A DNA stretch of 64,000 bases from assembly GCA_903889905.1 (NCBI GenBank), contig CAISZI010000047.1, positions 80,096-144,095 of the forward strand. The letters run 5' to 3'. The notes beneath the pieces were generated by a model. The model searched no databases, had not been told where the DNA came from, and saw only the letters and a program-made list of their open reading frames with translations. Origin of the DNA: Candidatus Wirthbacteria bacterium. Its GTDB lineage: Bacteria; Patescibacteriota; CG2-30-54-11. The position numbers and the translations under genes were made by a program. The first letter of the stretch is position 1, and each line of letters begins with the position of its first letter. Below, in pieces: positions 46,301-54,138 of this stretch.

Positions 46301-48588
46301 TTTCCGGTGACGGAGCACCCAGTGCCAGTCACAGCCACATTGCTGATCTGGCTGGGCACATCATCATTCAAGACAACATTGTTGGCAGTTACGGTACTGG
46401 TATTGTTAACCGTAATGTTCCAACTGACATTGTCTTTAAAAGTAACCGTTTGGTTGGCGGGTGTTTTGGTAATGCTGAGTGTAGGCAGTACCGGAGTATT
46501 TTTGACCAGAAGAATCAAGGTCTGGGTCTGACCGTTGGCAATTGTCACGCTTGGAATACATCCCCCTGTAGTCCCACAAATACCGGTGATATCGCTGTAG
46601 TTGGCTGCGAGTCCACCCATGTTTTGATAAGTATAAGTACCCAGTGCCACGTTAGCGGCAGTGCCTTTACCATTGACAATGGAAACTGGGGATGAAAGCC
46701 CATTCACGTTCACACTCAAATTGCTAGCCGTGTAAAAGGTATCCCCCTGACTGATCATGTTGTCGTTGTTATCGTCCTGATAGACTTCCACTTTCACGTT
46801 GCCCACCTGGGGAGGTGCGGCATTCACGGTAATATTGGCAGTATCGCTAACTGGTGAAGTCTCGGTGGCTGTAGCAGTTGCGGTATTGGTTGCATTCCCT
46901 GCGGTGTTTGCGGTTCCACTCACAGTGATGGTTTTGGTCTGACCGGCGGTCAGTGTCCCGACCGGAATCGAAATATTGTTATTTGAACCACTATAGTCGC
47001 CGCTGTAGGAAACAGCATTGACAAAGTTGGGTACACTGTCGGTCAAGGTCACATTGGTCAAGGTTCCGGTGCCGGCATTTTTGACGGTGACTGTCCAGGG
47101 ATCAACCGTCTGTCCAACAGTTTTCGTCTGGTTCTTGGCATCGCCGACGCTGTCATTCTTGGTCACAACCAGATTGAACGTTGGTGCTGGGTTGACGCTA
47201 ATGTTAGCCGAATCGCTGACTGGCGAAGTCTCGGTGGCTGTAGCTGTTGCGGTATTGGTTGCATTCCCTGCGGTGTTTGCGGTTCCACTCACGGTGATGG
47301 TTTTGGTCTGACCGGCTGTCAGTGTCCCGACCGGAATCGAAATATTGTTATTTGAACCACTGTAATCGCCGCTGTAGGAAACAGCATTGACAAGGTTGGG
47401 TACGCTGTCGGTCAAGGTCACATTGGTCAAGGTTCCGGTGCCGGCATTTTTGACGGTGACTGTCCAAGGATCAACCGTCTGTCCAACGGTTTTCGTCTGG
47501 TTCTTGGCATCGCCGACGCTGTCGTTCTTGGTTATGGACAAAGAATAAGTCGGTGCAGCCACCACATTCACAATGCCCGTATCGGTATAATACTTCGTTC
47601 CGCCAACCGTTTCTGTGGTCGGGCCGCCCGGGATGTTGTCGATGTTGTAGCAAGTCACGCCGGCTTTATTATTCAGGGTTCCGGTAGCACCAGCGGCAAT
47701 GGTCATGTCAAAATTCTGGTTAACAGTAGCTCCCGGAGCGATATTGCCAATTGTACGAGTTGTGGAACCTTCGACAAACTTGCCGGTCTCGGGCCAGTCG
47801 ACCAATGTGCAGGTGTAAGCGCTGCCCTGTGCTCCGGTCGTATTGTTGGTAATGGAAACGGGGAAACGCACCACATCGCCGGCAGTAATCGTGCCGGTGC
47901 CGTCTTTGTCAGTCAGCAGTGTACCGTCGCCCTTGTTGATGGTCAGATTGGCGGCAAAAAACTGGTATTGTTCACCATCCGTATTGGCGTGTTGATTGGT
48001 GTAACCAGTATAAGAATAGGTCCATTTGGAATAATTACGCAAAATCGTGCCACTAGCCAGATTGGCATTAGGCTGAAAGGTCATACGGACACTCAACACC
48101 TGATTCTTGGCAAGATTTATTGAACCCGATGCTGGCCAGGTTGCCATTGTTCCGGAAAAAGCCCCAGTTCCCATATTTTCAGATCCTGCCGGGCAACGTT
48201 GTGCATACAATACATTATTGCTGTCATAAACATTTTCCAAACTGCCATAGTCGCAACGCAATACTTCCAAAGCCTGGATATTGCGTGCGCCAGTGTTCAA
48301 CGATGCAGTGCCTGCTAGCGCAGTTGCAAGTCCAGTATCAGTCAAATCAACCAAACCTGAGACGCTAGTTAATTCCATACTGGCCGAACTGGGCGAGATC
48401 GCATAATAAGTCGCGGTATTGGCAGCATTGTTGTCCCGTTCCCATTTGGTAGTTTGCACAGCTGCGCTAACCGGGGAAGCGCTGATGTTGATAAAGGGCA
48501 CAATTTGATTGAGAATAACTGCCAACGACAAAACCACGCCCAGTTTTTTGCGTGGATTATGTACGAATCGGCTGAATATGTTAGTCAT
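37318..48588 (-). CDS. Giant (3756 aa) surface adhesin with many DUF11/isopeptide-type Ig domains and an LPXTG-like C-terminal signal
   Basis: SD agggagg before ATG 48588; signal peptide; repeated L.I.K...Y.ITV.N.G...TD.LP...N.A; ends VLAGTG + TM + KKRK. Confidence 0.9.
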   Translation of the reverse strand: MTNIFSRFVHNPRKKLGVVLSLAVILNQIVPFINISASPVSAAVQTTKWERDNNAANTATYYAISPSSASMELTSVSGLVDLTDTGLATALAGTASLNTGARNIQALEVLRCDYGSLENVYDSNNVLYAQRCPAGSENMGTGAFSGTMATWPASGSINLAKNQVLSVRMTFQPNANLASGTILRNYSKWTYSYTGYTNQHANTDGEQYQFFAANLTINKGDGTLLTDKDGTGTITAGDVVRFPVSITNNTTGAQGSAYTCTLVDWPETGKFVEGSTTRTIGNIAPGATVNQNFDMTIAAGATGTLNNKAGVTCYNIDNIPGGPTTETVGGTKYYTDTGIVNVVAAPTYSLSITKNDSVGDAKNQTKTVGQTVDPWTVTVKNAGTGTLTNVTLTDSVPNLVNAVSYSGDYSGSNNNISIPVGTLTAGQTKTITVSGTANTAGNATNTATATATETSPVSDSANISVNPAPTFNLVVTKNDSVGDAKNQTKTVGQTVDPWTVTVKNAGTGTLTNVTLTDSVPNFVNAVSYSGDYSGSNNNISIPVGTLTAGQTKTITVSGTANTAGNATNTATATATETSPVSDTANITVNAAPPQVGNVKVEVYQDDNNDNMISQGDTFYTASNLSVNVNGLSSPVSIVNGKGTAANVALGTYTYQNMGGLAANYSDITGICGTTGGCIPSVTIANGQTQTLILLVKNTPVLPTLSITKTPANQTVTFKDNVSWNITVNNTSTVTANNVVLNDDVPSQISNVAVTGTGCSVTGNSVICNFGSMNAGTSHTITVTGKASVAQDSTNVARTHADQVSEIQATANVHVLIPILAITKTTSTPEVFLNDAIQFTITLTNNGLGLAHNVVLTDTIPSQFTNTNYSGACSGTGNAISCNFGDVNPNSSRTVTVTGNASTAGATHNDSYTNTATAVADNNGTVTASASIIVDNPQLSIVKTVSNNGQCPGIATDVNNPFNIIQGSTVTYCYQVTNPGNVTLTNVLVNDDKLGNIGTIASLAAGASQPLSKSQTMNVSPQVIKNVVTATTTFTIPGTSNARNLSATDKAFVCVTVSPAPSITVVKTVAVGSVSSCPLDANGQLVKQVHVDSGTAVTYCYTVTNNGNVPLTNVSVIDDQLGNLDSAPTFNLTNGAFKSYTKVKLNVTADIYNIVTATGSYASITKTATDSANVYVNHYVPSLSFNKTAQFAGGKTGTPDALHPAYPGDTVLYTLTVSETTGKADYSNFDFSDDISNILKYANVTAISPTGTVAGTTISWGSGTITAGQTMTETFKVVVNPSNTWVGCGTSCTSSFVMTNNFHGVTVNVPLRDLVIVKTVVNPTVLSGDNAIWKITATEIGNMGMGGAQIKDTFPVGTTYAMLGQIVTPNISLSESLDAAHNTVTWTVAPSTYSGQSVSFFFATKVNASQPPVVQTNGLQNCAVVADDGYTSNQSCAKVGVGTRLTGNITKQVEGQSSDQIEMDTVHAKVLNYAVTVTNNSSSNVAGDKVIVTDNLPQDSNGQVFSYVDGSTVAKVGSTTVICATNVSGQSVTWTCGTPSFLPAGATLTINYQVSVPAAIANNLTVGYTNTATATISTSTVTKSVGSASAVVYVSHFVPNLSFNKTATLPNSTIIAGADHPLYPYYPVQYTLTVTETTGKADYPNFVFSDDIGGVLQFAHILSISDNGTVNGNTISWGTKTIPAGQTITESFVVVINTSDTWPVCSISTGVGAGLNCTSNYVMTNSFQGKTVNVPVRDIVITKTAVNPLVMPGDNAIWKISVTEIGSVGLGGLLISDLLPANTSYGGLGQIVTSGVSLAETVKHDTTVEWVVQPSNFSGHNVTFYFGTKVSASQPPGTGSHGLQNCASTVVIDGSDVHAIPGVSCAWVDVGTRLSGKINKLVEGTSSYQMDTDTVHAKVLNYSVTVTNNSTSNVAGDKVIVTDNLPQDSNGHVFSYVDGSTVAKVGSTTVICATNVSGQSVTWTCGTPSFLPAGSSLTINYPVNVPAAIAESLTTGYTNTATASINDKLIGSSSAVVYVSSPRVDVKVTKDDGVTTLLPGASTTYTLAITNDGSNGTTTALGVVLTDTLPAASLLDTATATSITLGTHSYPVVSNTNGQILWSAFDLPLGQTATAQVTIKLKSSVTAGTSIDNLADVINASPRDVNPANNHAVDSDIVVDSDMWINKFVSSSPSWSTNSGSALVSAGDTAYYQIKVGNSGTAPETGAVTDLMSINGNPDVSVFDSITVSGPNNYTHTYTQPIPNPIVLSSTGNVNFAPGSSITYTLTAKVKADMLQSGTTIVNNMAQVAYGSKVKQSSAVLNINANPNIVLHKYAWIETPDREMDPETNPANPGDWIKYTLTATNTGSAPMHGFIFSDNISQVMDDVNSPWTESENVKLGEGVIQGSGSELTLVKGNNPDIAPGQTISYIFYVKAGDIQTNHDNTMTNTYGDTITVKIVSPDVRVTKVVDSQTTSFGQQIKFTITATNYGNHTANNVAIVDFLPQDASGPLFTYAGVTSGITQQHPTGPCAWDKVNQSYSCTALDPAKTVELWWTKDNYGHAINLAPNQSQQIQIVFNALVNVNPTVATSYINRAQAKFIGGQSNIAEATVMVEPLPTTSLSILKSPSNQTVESLSETDWTIKVNNNGGRDETNVFVKDVLPPGFTAMMEQIGNSQVVKRAEITIKDGSGNVTSQLLMTPVSSYNSSYNSTTYVWPNNNDGFKLVKGGSIIISIGAKAPSVKTDTQFTNTAQVLIGAELQDTSTAIVNVNAVKAANVQITKDVKEGKIASGNAWTKTLLLDHTSNDTWVTYRVVVSNPGQLGETVNLSDVVDFTSPQRIYDQLKVYKHTNTGDVLTATYFASTYHDSTIALVQGLLVPAGSSDATNPANMCTGCTYLIEAQIRPSFYQNETSNENIARALQTRTLNVLAEDKAVVKVSLTPSLQVTKYVRNLTTNSGWVVDNVTAAPGDQLQYKIEVINNGYVAIPSVNVTDTLQGRDTYFTNIGVNNADSDADGKAFVGSWDNMTLTNLDVGQTESFTIQAVVKSPFPGNSMSLTNQVWANNVPSNIVKVNVVLSPKPAIKKYVSLDGKNFFDKVNAIPGATVEYKVLVWNEGNGDLSLTVNDVLDATQYASIGVLNQDADNNGTKYIGTDYQTQQITVKAGTSENNAEVFTLDAVLKADGFKEGDLVKNVASFTFQNQEYHGETTITIHVPLSNLVLSKSAFNTTQNKDAQSSTAQAGDIVTYTLKVSNSGDGTAVNYKFMDEISNVLTYADFKTASDGGTLVNNSVVWPTIGTINAGSSASRTFQVQVKNPLPTTGNFIMSNVFGNQTQVPVGSIELHKAVSFVDGGAVNRALRAGDQLVYTLTAINHSSNVAPGFVFTDDVSNLTRYAGNFSKVVTTDPAFTTTDVNQDGVIEKISWAAADLAANATVTRRFEVTVKDFSTWPANGDLTMTNTYGDTTTVKLINLSLTKVASPTQVNSTDSDTNRVITYTLTLKNSTAQNATNLFITDLLPAGFTYAGQAQINGQAAVPQQSTVNGRVYLVWQGVNLAANTTAIVTYTTLAPAAAGSYTNLASLTDIQGSPFDTAHATVTVVTPPTQPTPNPLLISKAANVTTVVHGNNVSYTVSVSNNGNAAITFTLQDILPPGFAYVAGSANVAGTAAEPQVNTTASSITWSGLNLAAGHNIIVTYQTKSANLAGYYTNIATATSGSWTASASATVMVTVPQVLSATTTAPFVSVLAGTGTNLSVVILIVLAVIAAYGLFLVLKKRKSSVK
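42648..44196 (-). repeat. Near-identical intragenic direct repeat, 42648-42909 and 43935-44196 (offset 1287 bp)
   Basis: Long exact matches such as gcaagtccaggtgacgctctggccgctcacgttggtggcgcagatcacggtggtgctgccg in both copies. Confidence 0.9.
46843..47532 (-). repeat. Tandem 369-bp (123-aa) near-identical domain duplication
   Basis: 46843-47163 versus 47212-47532; TKNDSVGDAKNQ...TETSPVSD occurs twice. Confidence 0.93.
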
Positions 48589-48749
48589 GCAACCTCCCTG
48601 ATAAAGCAGATAAAATCTAGGTAAAAAAGTAGAAAACAACTTTCAGGTGCATCAATATGCACCAAGGTTATTTGTTTTTATTTAAGACTATATTTTAACT
48701 TATTTATACTATTAAATCAAACAACTAATATAATTATTTAAACTATCTG

Positions 48750-51700
48750 TTATCCATTTGGCCTCTGTCCATCACCTGCTGAACGAATAACGGGAGCCGG
48801 TGGCGGCTGACCATCTCCAGGTGGGCGAATATCGGGAGGTGGCAGCTGACCATCGCCAGGTGGGCGAATCACCGGAGAACTACCGCCAACAGGCGTAGAC
48901 GGATGGTTAACAATGCTCTCAAACGGCGCAACTGACTGCAAAGTCTTGGGATCCTGGATATACCACGCCGCTTTGTCCGCTTTCCAGACTAACTGAAATT
49001 GCCACCGGGCACCGTCACGTACTGGAGAAAATTCGCGACCGGCACCCAGTGCAGTTGGCATGCCAAAACTAGGATTGTTAGCATCCTCGCGTAGCAAAAG
49101 CGTTGCTCCATCCTTGATATTACCCGTTCCAGAGTCAATGAATTCTGGCGGAACCGTGGTACGATCCGGGATACCCGAAAGTCGTCCGCCATTGACATCA
49201 AGCGACGCAACCGTCTGGCCGGCGTAGCCACCTTTGAGAATCGCTTCACCCAAATGGTGATTGTATCCCATGTCTACAGGTTTATGTGTGACAGGACTTT
49301 CCATCAGTTTAAAGAAGGCCACTTTCTCGTTTTCCACGAATTGGCCAGCATTCGCACATTTGTTGGCTGCAATTTCTAACACTGTTTCTACCTTACCATT
49401 CTGGCCAACTTTGGCTAGGACAGTAATGACATCGCCTTCCTTCCAGTTGGCATCTGACACAGAGAGACCACCTGCCTGGTCATAGGTAGCATTGTTGGCC
49501 ATCATCCCATGACGCGGAATCTCAAACCCGGGATAATGCTTTGAAAATTCACCAACAGTTAATGTTTCAAAGGAAAATTTAGTGTCCCCAGCATCGTCAA
49601 AGCGACCATTGCCATTCGTGTCCACTGCATAGAATTGTTTACCAGCGATCATCTCAAGCTTCTTAAAATTCCCATTGGCAATGGCTTCAATCATACCTGG
49701 CGCTTTGACACCCGCCGCCGCGCGGAACAACTCTGCCATATAAGCCCAGTCCTGACGGTCTCCAGCACTTGCCTGTGCAATGGTTTCAGGGGTACTGGCA
49801 TGATTCGCCGTAAATGTTCCCGGAGCTGTCTGCCCTTTGGGAAGGTTGCTCAAAACGGCTGTAGCTGCGGCTTTTTCCAGGATTGCTGGATGGTTTGCCG
49901 CTACGGCACTGATATCAACAGACTTTGTTGCAGCAGGTGCTGCCACGACAAGGGGTTCAACTCCCCTACCCACGTCAGCTTTCACAGATACACCCGTCAC
50001 CTCCACTAAATTGCTATTTAATATTATGGGGTCATTGGAAGAATTAAGACTTCGAGAAGGATCTCCAATATCATTGTGAGAAATCGTCAACGCACCGAAT
50101 TGCAATTCAATATTGCCATTGGGATAGATATGGATACAGGTAGGATCGAGGACAAACTTGTCACCCGGATAGACATTGCCTTCGACACGCTGGAACTGCG
50201 TGGTTAATGCGGCGGTCAAGGTATTGACATTCATGTCCTTGAATTCAGGAATATTTTTGACCAGGTCTTTGGCAATGTTGGAGGATTCAGACCAAAAGCT
50301 GTCACCCGGGTGCGCCGTAGATTCAAATGTCTGGAGACTAGACTTGTTCCCAGATGTAATTTGCACTCTTAATGAGTTATCAGCAATTGCCTGACTTAAC
50401 TGGGTATCATTTATCCCGGTACCGTTCGTATGTTTGACCATCACGGTGACTTTGGCAAAATCCACGATGACATGGCCGTCATTACCAACGGTGACGGCAT
50501 CATTAGCAATACTTAAACCAACCTTATCCCCAGCATTAACCGTAATTTTTTGATCAGTAGCCAATCTGACAAGCATGTTCGTCAATTCATCAAGCTGAGC
50601 TATTCGAAGATTCAATTTAGGAAGATCAGGGGTAGATTCATCAAGGAGCTTAGTAATGACATCTCTGATAGTCAGGGTCGCATCACCAGAAGCAGTTGTA
50701 TTGATCTCAATATAACTAAAAATTTTGTCAGGCGGCTGTTGCCCTGCCTGTTCGAAATGGTCAACCTTGATCGGAGAATTCAGCTTGCCGCCGCTGCTGC
50801 TGCGCGCGCGACTGGCCAAATCAGATATTGCTGTGTCGGTTATCGTCGCATGCTGAGCCACTGACTGCTCCACAACCACAGTTCCACTAGGATGGGTTGA
50901 GGTGCTGGCCTGCGCGGTTGCGATCAGGTGTTCGGCTCCGGCGACTACTTTGCCGGCGACAAAATTGGCGCCCATAGCGATTTCGGTCCTGATTCCCTGC
51001 ACCAGCGGTGTATTCATCACCAGGCTTCCGACGGTACGGCTGGCCGCAGTGGCGATACCGGTAATCCCGGCTTTAATCAGGACGTTTTGGAGTATGGACG
51101 AATTCATGCGCTTTTTGGCCTCACTGACATTGTCCTGTGCCGCTGGCATGGCCTCGGCAATTAAATCTCTGGCCGCCACGATAGCCTTGGCCTGATCAAC
51201 GGCTGAATCGCCTCGACGTAATTGATTGATCAATAAATTGCCAAAAAAGGATGCTTTGTCTTCAATGCCCATAATTTGGGCTTCGGCCACAAGTTGAGCC
51301 AATTTTAGCGGGGTTGTTCCGTCATTGTGATCCAAAGCACCGAAACGTTCATCCAAACGGCCGGCAAAAGCCATCTGTTCAATTTGCATGGCCTCTACGC
51401 CACCGGCATTCCCGGCAGTTCCGATCGACGCCACTGCGCGGGCTCCTGAGACCACTCCCCCCACTGCTCCCAGCGCAAAAGAACCGGACATGACAAGGTT
51501 TGATCCTCTCAGCCATTTTTCACTTTTAACGAATTCCATCACCTGTTTGACGCCATCGCTGCTGACAACTCTTTGGGCGATCGCCGCAACTTTGGCCACC
51601 AAGTCCTCTGGTTGAGAATCCTTTTTGTTGTCGGTGACTGCATGCCGCAACATTGTCAACATGACTGCTTCGGCACGCGCCCGGACCATTTTATCTACGT

Positions 51701-53162
51701 TCAGATTAGCGCCCTGCAACTTATCTGACATGCCGTTCATGATATCGGTCAATGCCGTGTTGTAAGCGATAATCAATCGCGGCAGCTGCTCGGCATTATC
51801 CAACCCAGCCCGTAAGTCATGGATGGCCGGCTGCAGTTTACGTTCGATGATTTTGTCGATCATCTTGGCGGCAGCGGCATTGGGGTCACGTTCAAAAGCG
51901 TCATGGGCCTCAGCAGCTTTGTTACGGTCAAGGTTGGTCGCCACGGCCAGCTGCGTGGACACGGTTTCAATACCGATCTTGCGACCGCTAAAGCTGACAC
52001 TTCGTGATGTCCCCATGACCGACGAGACACCGAAATTGAAATTCCGTAAATTCTGTTGAAAACGATCCTTGCTGAACATACCTCTCGGATCAAAGGCATT
52101 TTTGGTGCTGAAATCCGCGGGCACATAAGCCATGACATCTTTATTCGCAAAAAAGCCGGTCAAAGACCCGCCGTGCTGTAAATGCTGTTTCAAATCGGCA
52201 TGTGTTTCCACCATAGCCAGCAGCATCCCCACAAAGTCCAATCCGCCCATTTCCACGGTACGTTTATTGACCGTCATCTCGGCCATGTCAGCCTGACGCC
52301 CCATGATACGGCTGGCAAATTGCACCAGGCGGCTTTTGGGTTGATTACTCTCCACAAGCTCATCGTTGACCAAGGACTTCAGTTCGGCTTGCCATTTGCT
52401 GACCTGTTGCTGGGTGCGAACAGCGGCATCTGCGGCTATGGCCATTTCGACTTGATGTTTGGTGCCGGAATACGACACCATCCGGTCGTAGCGAAGCACA
52501 TCAAGCTTTCCCGCCAGGGTTGTCGCCTGAGGACGGTTTTGCTCGGCGAGTTGCTCTACCACTCTGGCAACATGTTTGCCCGTTTCGCCGATTTCGATTT
52601 CCTGTGCAGCATTTCTGGCACGTTCATCCAGGCGATCATAGGCTTCAAACCTGCGTCGTTCGGAACGAGGCCTCTTACTTTCGTGTGGAGCCTGATTTCC
52701 GTCCAGACCATCGGTATCAGCCGTGAGTGCTGTGTCGTTGATCATGATGTCCCGGCTGCGAATCTGGATACCTTGACGAGGATTTGGATCCAAATTGACA
52801 ACAAAAGTTGTCTCAACTTTAAAATTCCGTTCATGCCTGCTTTGCAAATAAGCAACCAACGCCAAAACTAGGGTTGTCTGGATCTCCTGTTCGGTTCCAG
52901 CTCTGTTCTGCCCGTGGACTTGATCCATGATTGCCTGCGTCAAGACCTCGGCAACGCGTTGCGGGCCGGCTTTTTCACGCAACCTATAGGGTACCTGCAT
53001 TTTTTGAGGTTCATATTCGAATATTTGCTTCCCAATAGATTCATCCCGCCTGCTTCCGCCCCCGACACCTGTGTACATTACCGGTAGGCTTCCCCTGCCG
53101 CGAATTTCGGGAAACACCATAGCCGAGGCGTCATATCTTGAAAGTGTCATATTTCCCACCAT
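48750..53162 (-). CDS. Large hypothetical protein: helical N-region, Gly/Ala hydrophobic segments, divergent LysM-like repeats and a Pro-rich C-terminal repeat
   Basis: 1470-aa ORF with no signal peptide; AHPGDSFWS...NVYPGDKFVL; IR(PP/SA)GDGQ three times. Confidence 0.8.
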   Translation of the reverse strand: MVGNMTLSRYDASAMVFPEIRGRGSLPVMYTGVGGGSRRDESIGKQIFEYEPQKMQVPYRLREKAGPQRVAEVLTQAIMDQVHGQNRAGTEQEIQTTLVLALVAYLQSRHERNFKVETTFVVNLDPNPRQGIQIRSRDIMINDTALTADTDGLDGNQAPHESKRPRSERRRFEAYDRLDERARNAAQEIEIGETGKHVARVVEQLAEQNRPQATTLAGKLDVLRYDRMVSYSGTKHQVEMAIAADAAVRTQQQVSKWQAELKSLVNDELVESNQPKSRLVQFASRIMGRQADMAEMTVNKRTVEMGGLDFVGMLLAMVETHADLKQHLQHGGSLTGFFANKDVMAYVPADFSTKNAFDPRGMFSKDRFQQNLRNFNFGVSSVMGTSRSVSFSGRKIGIETVSTQLAVATNLDRNKAAEAHDAFERDPNAAAAKMIDKIIERKLQPAIHDLRAGLDNAEQLPRLIIAYNTALTDIMNGMSDKLQGANLNVDKMVRARAEAVMLTMLRHAVTDNKKDSQPEDLVAKVAAIAQRVVSSDGVKQVMEFVKSEKWLRGSNLVMSGSFALGAVGGVVSGARAVASIGTAGNAGGVEAMQIEQMAFAGRLDERFGALDHNDGTTPLKLAQLVAEAQIMGIEDKASFFGNLLINQLRRGDSAVDQAKAIVAARDLIAEAMPAAQDNVSEAKKRMNSSILQNVLIKAGITGIATAASRTVGSLVMNTPLVQGIRTEIAMGANFVAGKVVAGAEHLIATAQASTSTHPSGTVVVEQSVAQHATITDTAISDLASRARSSSGGKLNSPIKVDHFEQAGQQPPDKIFSYIEINTTASGDATLTIRDVITKLLDESTPDLPKLNLRIAQLDELTNMLVRLATDQKITVNAGDKVGLSIANDAVTVGNDGHVIVDFAKVTVMVKHTNGTGINDTQLSQAIADNSLRVQITSGNKSSLQTFESTAHPGDSFWSESSNIAKDLVKNIPEFKDMNVNTLTAALTTQFQRVEGNVYPGDKFVLDPTCIHIYPNGNIELQFGALTISHNDIGDPSRSLNSSNDPIILNSNLVEVTGVSVKADVGRGVEPLVVAAPAATKSVDISAVAANHPAILEKAAATAVLSNLPKGQTAPGTFTANHASTPETIAQASAGDRQDWAYMAELFRAAAGVKAPGMIEAIANGNFKKLEMIAGKQFYAVDTNGNGRFDDAGDTKFSFETLTVGEFSKHYPGFEIPRHGMMANNATYDQAGGLSVSDANWKEGDVITVLAKVGQNGKVETVLEIAANKCANAGQFVENEKVAFFKLMESPVTHKPVDMGYNHHLGEAILKGGYAGQTVASLDVNGGRLSGIPDRTTVPPEFIDSGTGNIKDGATLLLREDANNPSFGMPTALGAGREFSPVRDGARWQFQLVWKADKAAWYIQDPKTLQSVAPFESIVNHPSTPVGGSSPVIRPPGDGQLPPPDIRPPGDGQPPPAPVIRSAGDGQRPNG

Positions 53163-53276
53163 AAAAAAAACTAGCTTAAAGTTCTGTTTTTGTTACTTTT
53201 TTGCTAGTTCTGCTTTTTGGTGGAGACGTATTTTGGTGCTTAGCCAACTCCGATTTGGTTCGGTGGCCAAGGTGAT

Positions 53277-53305
53277 ATTATCACTTTTATTCTCAATACT
53301 GTCAA
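53277..53305 (-). promoter_or_regulatory. Sigma70-type promoter for the 1470-aa gene, with a palindrome over the -10
   Basis: TTGACA-17 bp-GATAAT; gtgata-t-tatcac dyad at 53272-53284. Confidence 0.65.
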
Positions 53306-53417
53306 TAGTCTAAGACCTTCGCGTTGCTTTTTCAAGGCCCAGTTGATCGTTGCTTTACTTATATCAAATTCATACACAGATTGCAACAGTTGCCAATTCC
53401 TCAACCACTACACCCTC

Positions 53418-53459
53418 TTTCTTCCCCTCTCCTAGTTTAGGAGAGGGCAGGGTGAGGTA
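53418..53459. repeat. REP-like palindrome (CCCTCTCCT...AGGAGAGGG type), copy 1
   Basis: 42-bp direct repeat of 54378-54419, differing only at 2 loop positions. Confidence 0.85.
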
Positions 53460-53479
53460 AGCCCCCTCCCCTTCCCATC

Positions 53480-53506
53480 AAAAAAAAAGTCCCCCCACGG
53501 GACTTT
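53480..53506 (-). terminator. Rho-independent terminator closing the structured transcript
   Basis: aaagtccc-gtggg-gggacttt followed by a T run on the minus strand. Confidence 0.75.
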
Positions 53507-53604
53507 AACGCAAAATCCAGTAAAGCCTGAGGAAACAGACGGGAGAAAAGAAACGGAGTGACAGGCAGGCTCAGGGAAGCCTCTGTCACTCCATAAACAC
53601 CTTT

Positions 53605-54138
53605 CTACCGCCACATAGCGGGCAGAAAGGTGTGACGGTCTGCTGCAGCGGGCAGTGAAAACTGCACGCTGTCTACCAGCTGACCATCAAGCTGGTAGAG
53701 CGCCAGGGTCAAGGTCAAACCCTGGCGCCAACTCCCCACTGCGAGAGCGTAGTGATCCTGGGGGAAAATCACTACGGACTGGGTGTACACGGCCCCGGAT
53801 GGGGTCGGTACGAATTGCTCCCAGTCGCTCTGGTCTGCGCCCGTGAGGGCTACCAGACCAGTCTCTGTCATTCTACCCCAACACCGTGGAGTGGTGTTGG
53901 GGCAACCGAACAAGGAAGCGGTGATGGTGTAAACCACCCCGCTCCGTATTTCGGTAGCGTATTGCCCATCGGGGGCCAATACGCCGAATGAAACTCCGCC
54001 GGTCGGGACCAAGGGTCCCTGGCTGGCGGAATTATTTTGCACCGGTCCCTGCACCAGTGCAAAAGCTGGGGTCACCCCCACCAGCAGGGTTGCCGTCGCG
54101 ACTATGGCCGCGACGGCACGAAAAAACTTTCCAAACAT
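53605..54138 (-). CDS. Secreted 177-aa hypothetical protein with a C-terminal HTFLPAMWR motif
   Basis: Strong SD aggaggt before ATG 54138; signal peptide ending AFA; visibly GC-richer than its flanks. Confidence 0.8.
   Translation of the reverse strand: MFGKFFRAVAAIVATATLLVGVTPAFALVQGPVQNNSASQGPLVPTGGVSFGVLAPDGQYATEIRSGVVYTITASLFGCPNTTPRCWGRMTETGLVALTGADQSDWEQFVPTPSGAVYTQSVVIFPQDHYALAVGSWRQGLTLTLALYQLDGQLVDSVQFSLPAAADRHTFLPAMWR

Noticed and set aside
37318-48588. Apparent reversal of strand skew over the giant adhesin, suggesting an inversion
   Set aside because: It can be explained by Thr/Asn-rich composition and C-ending codons, and I cannot quantify it without computation.
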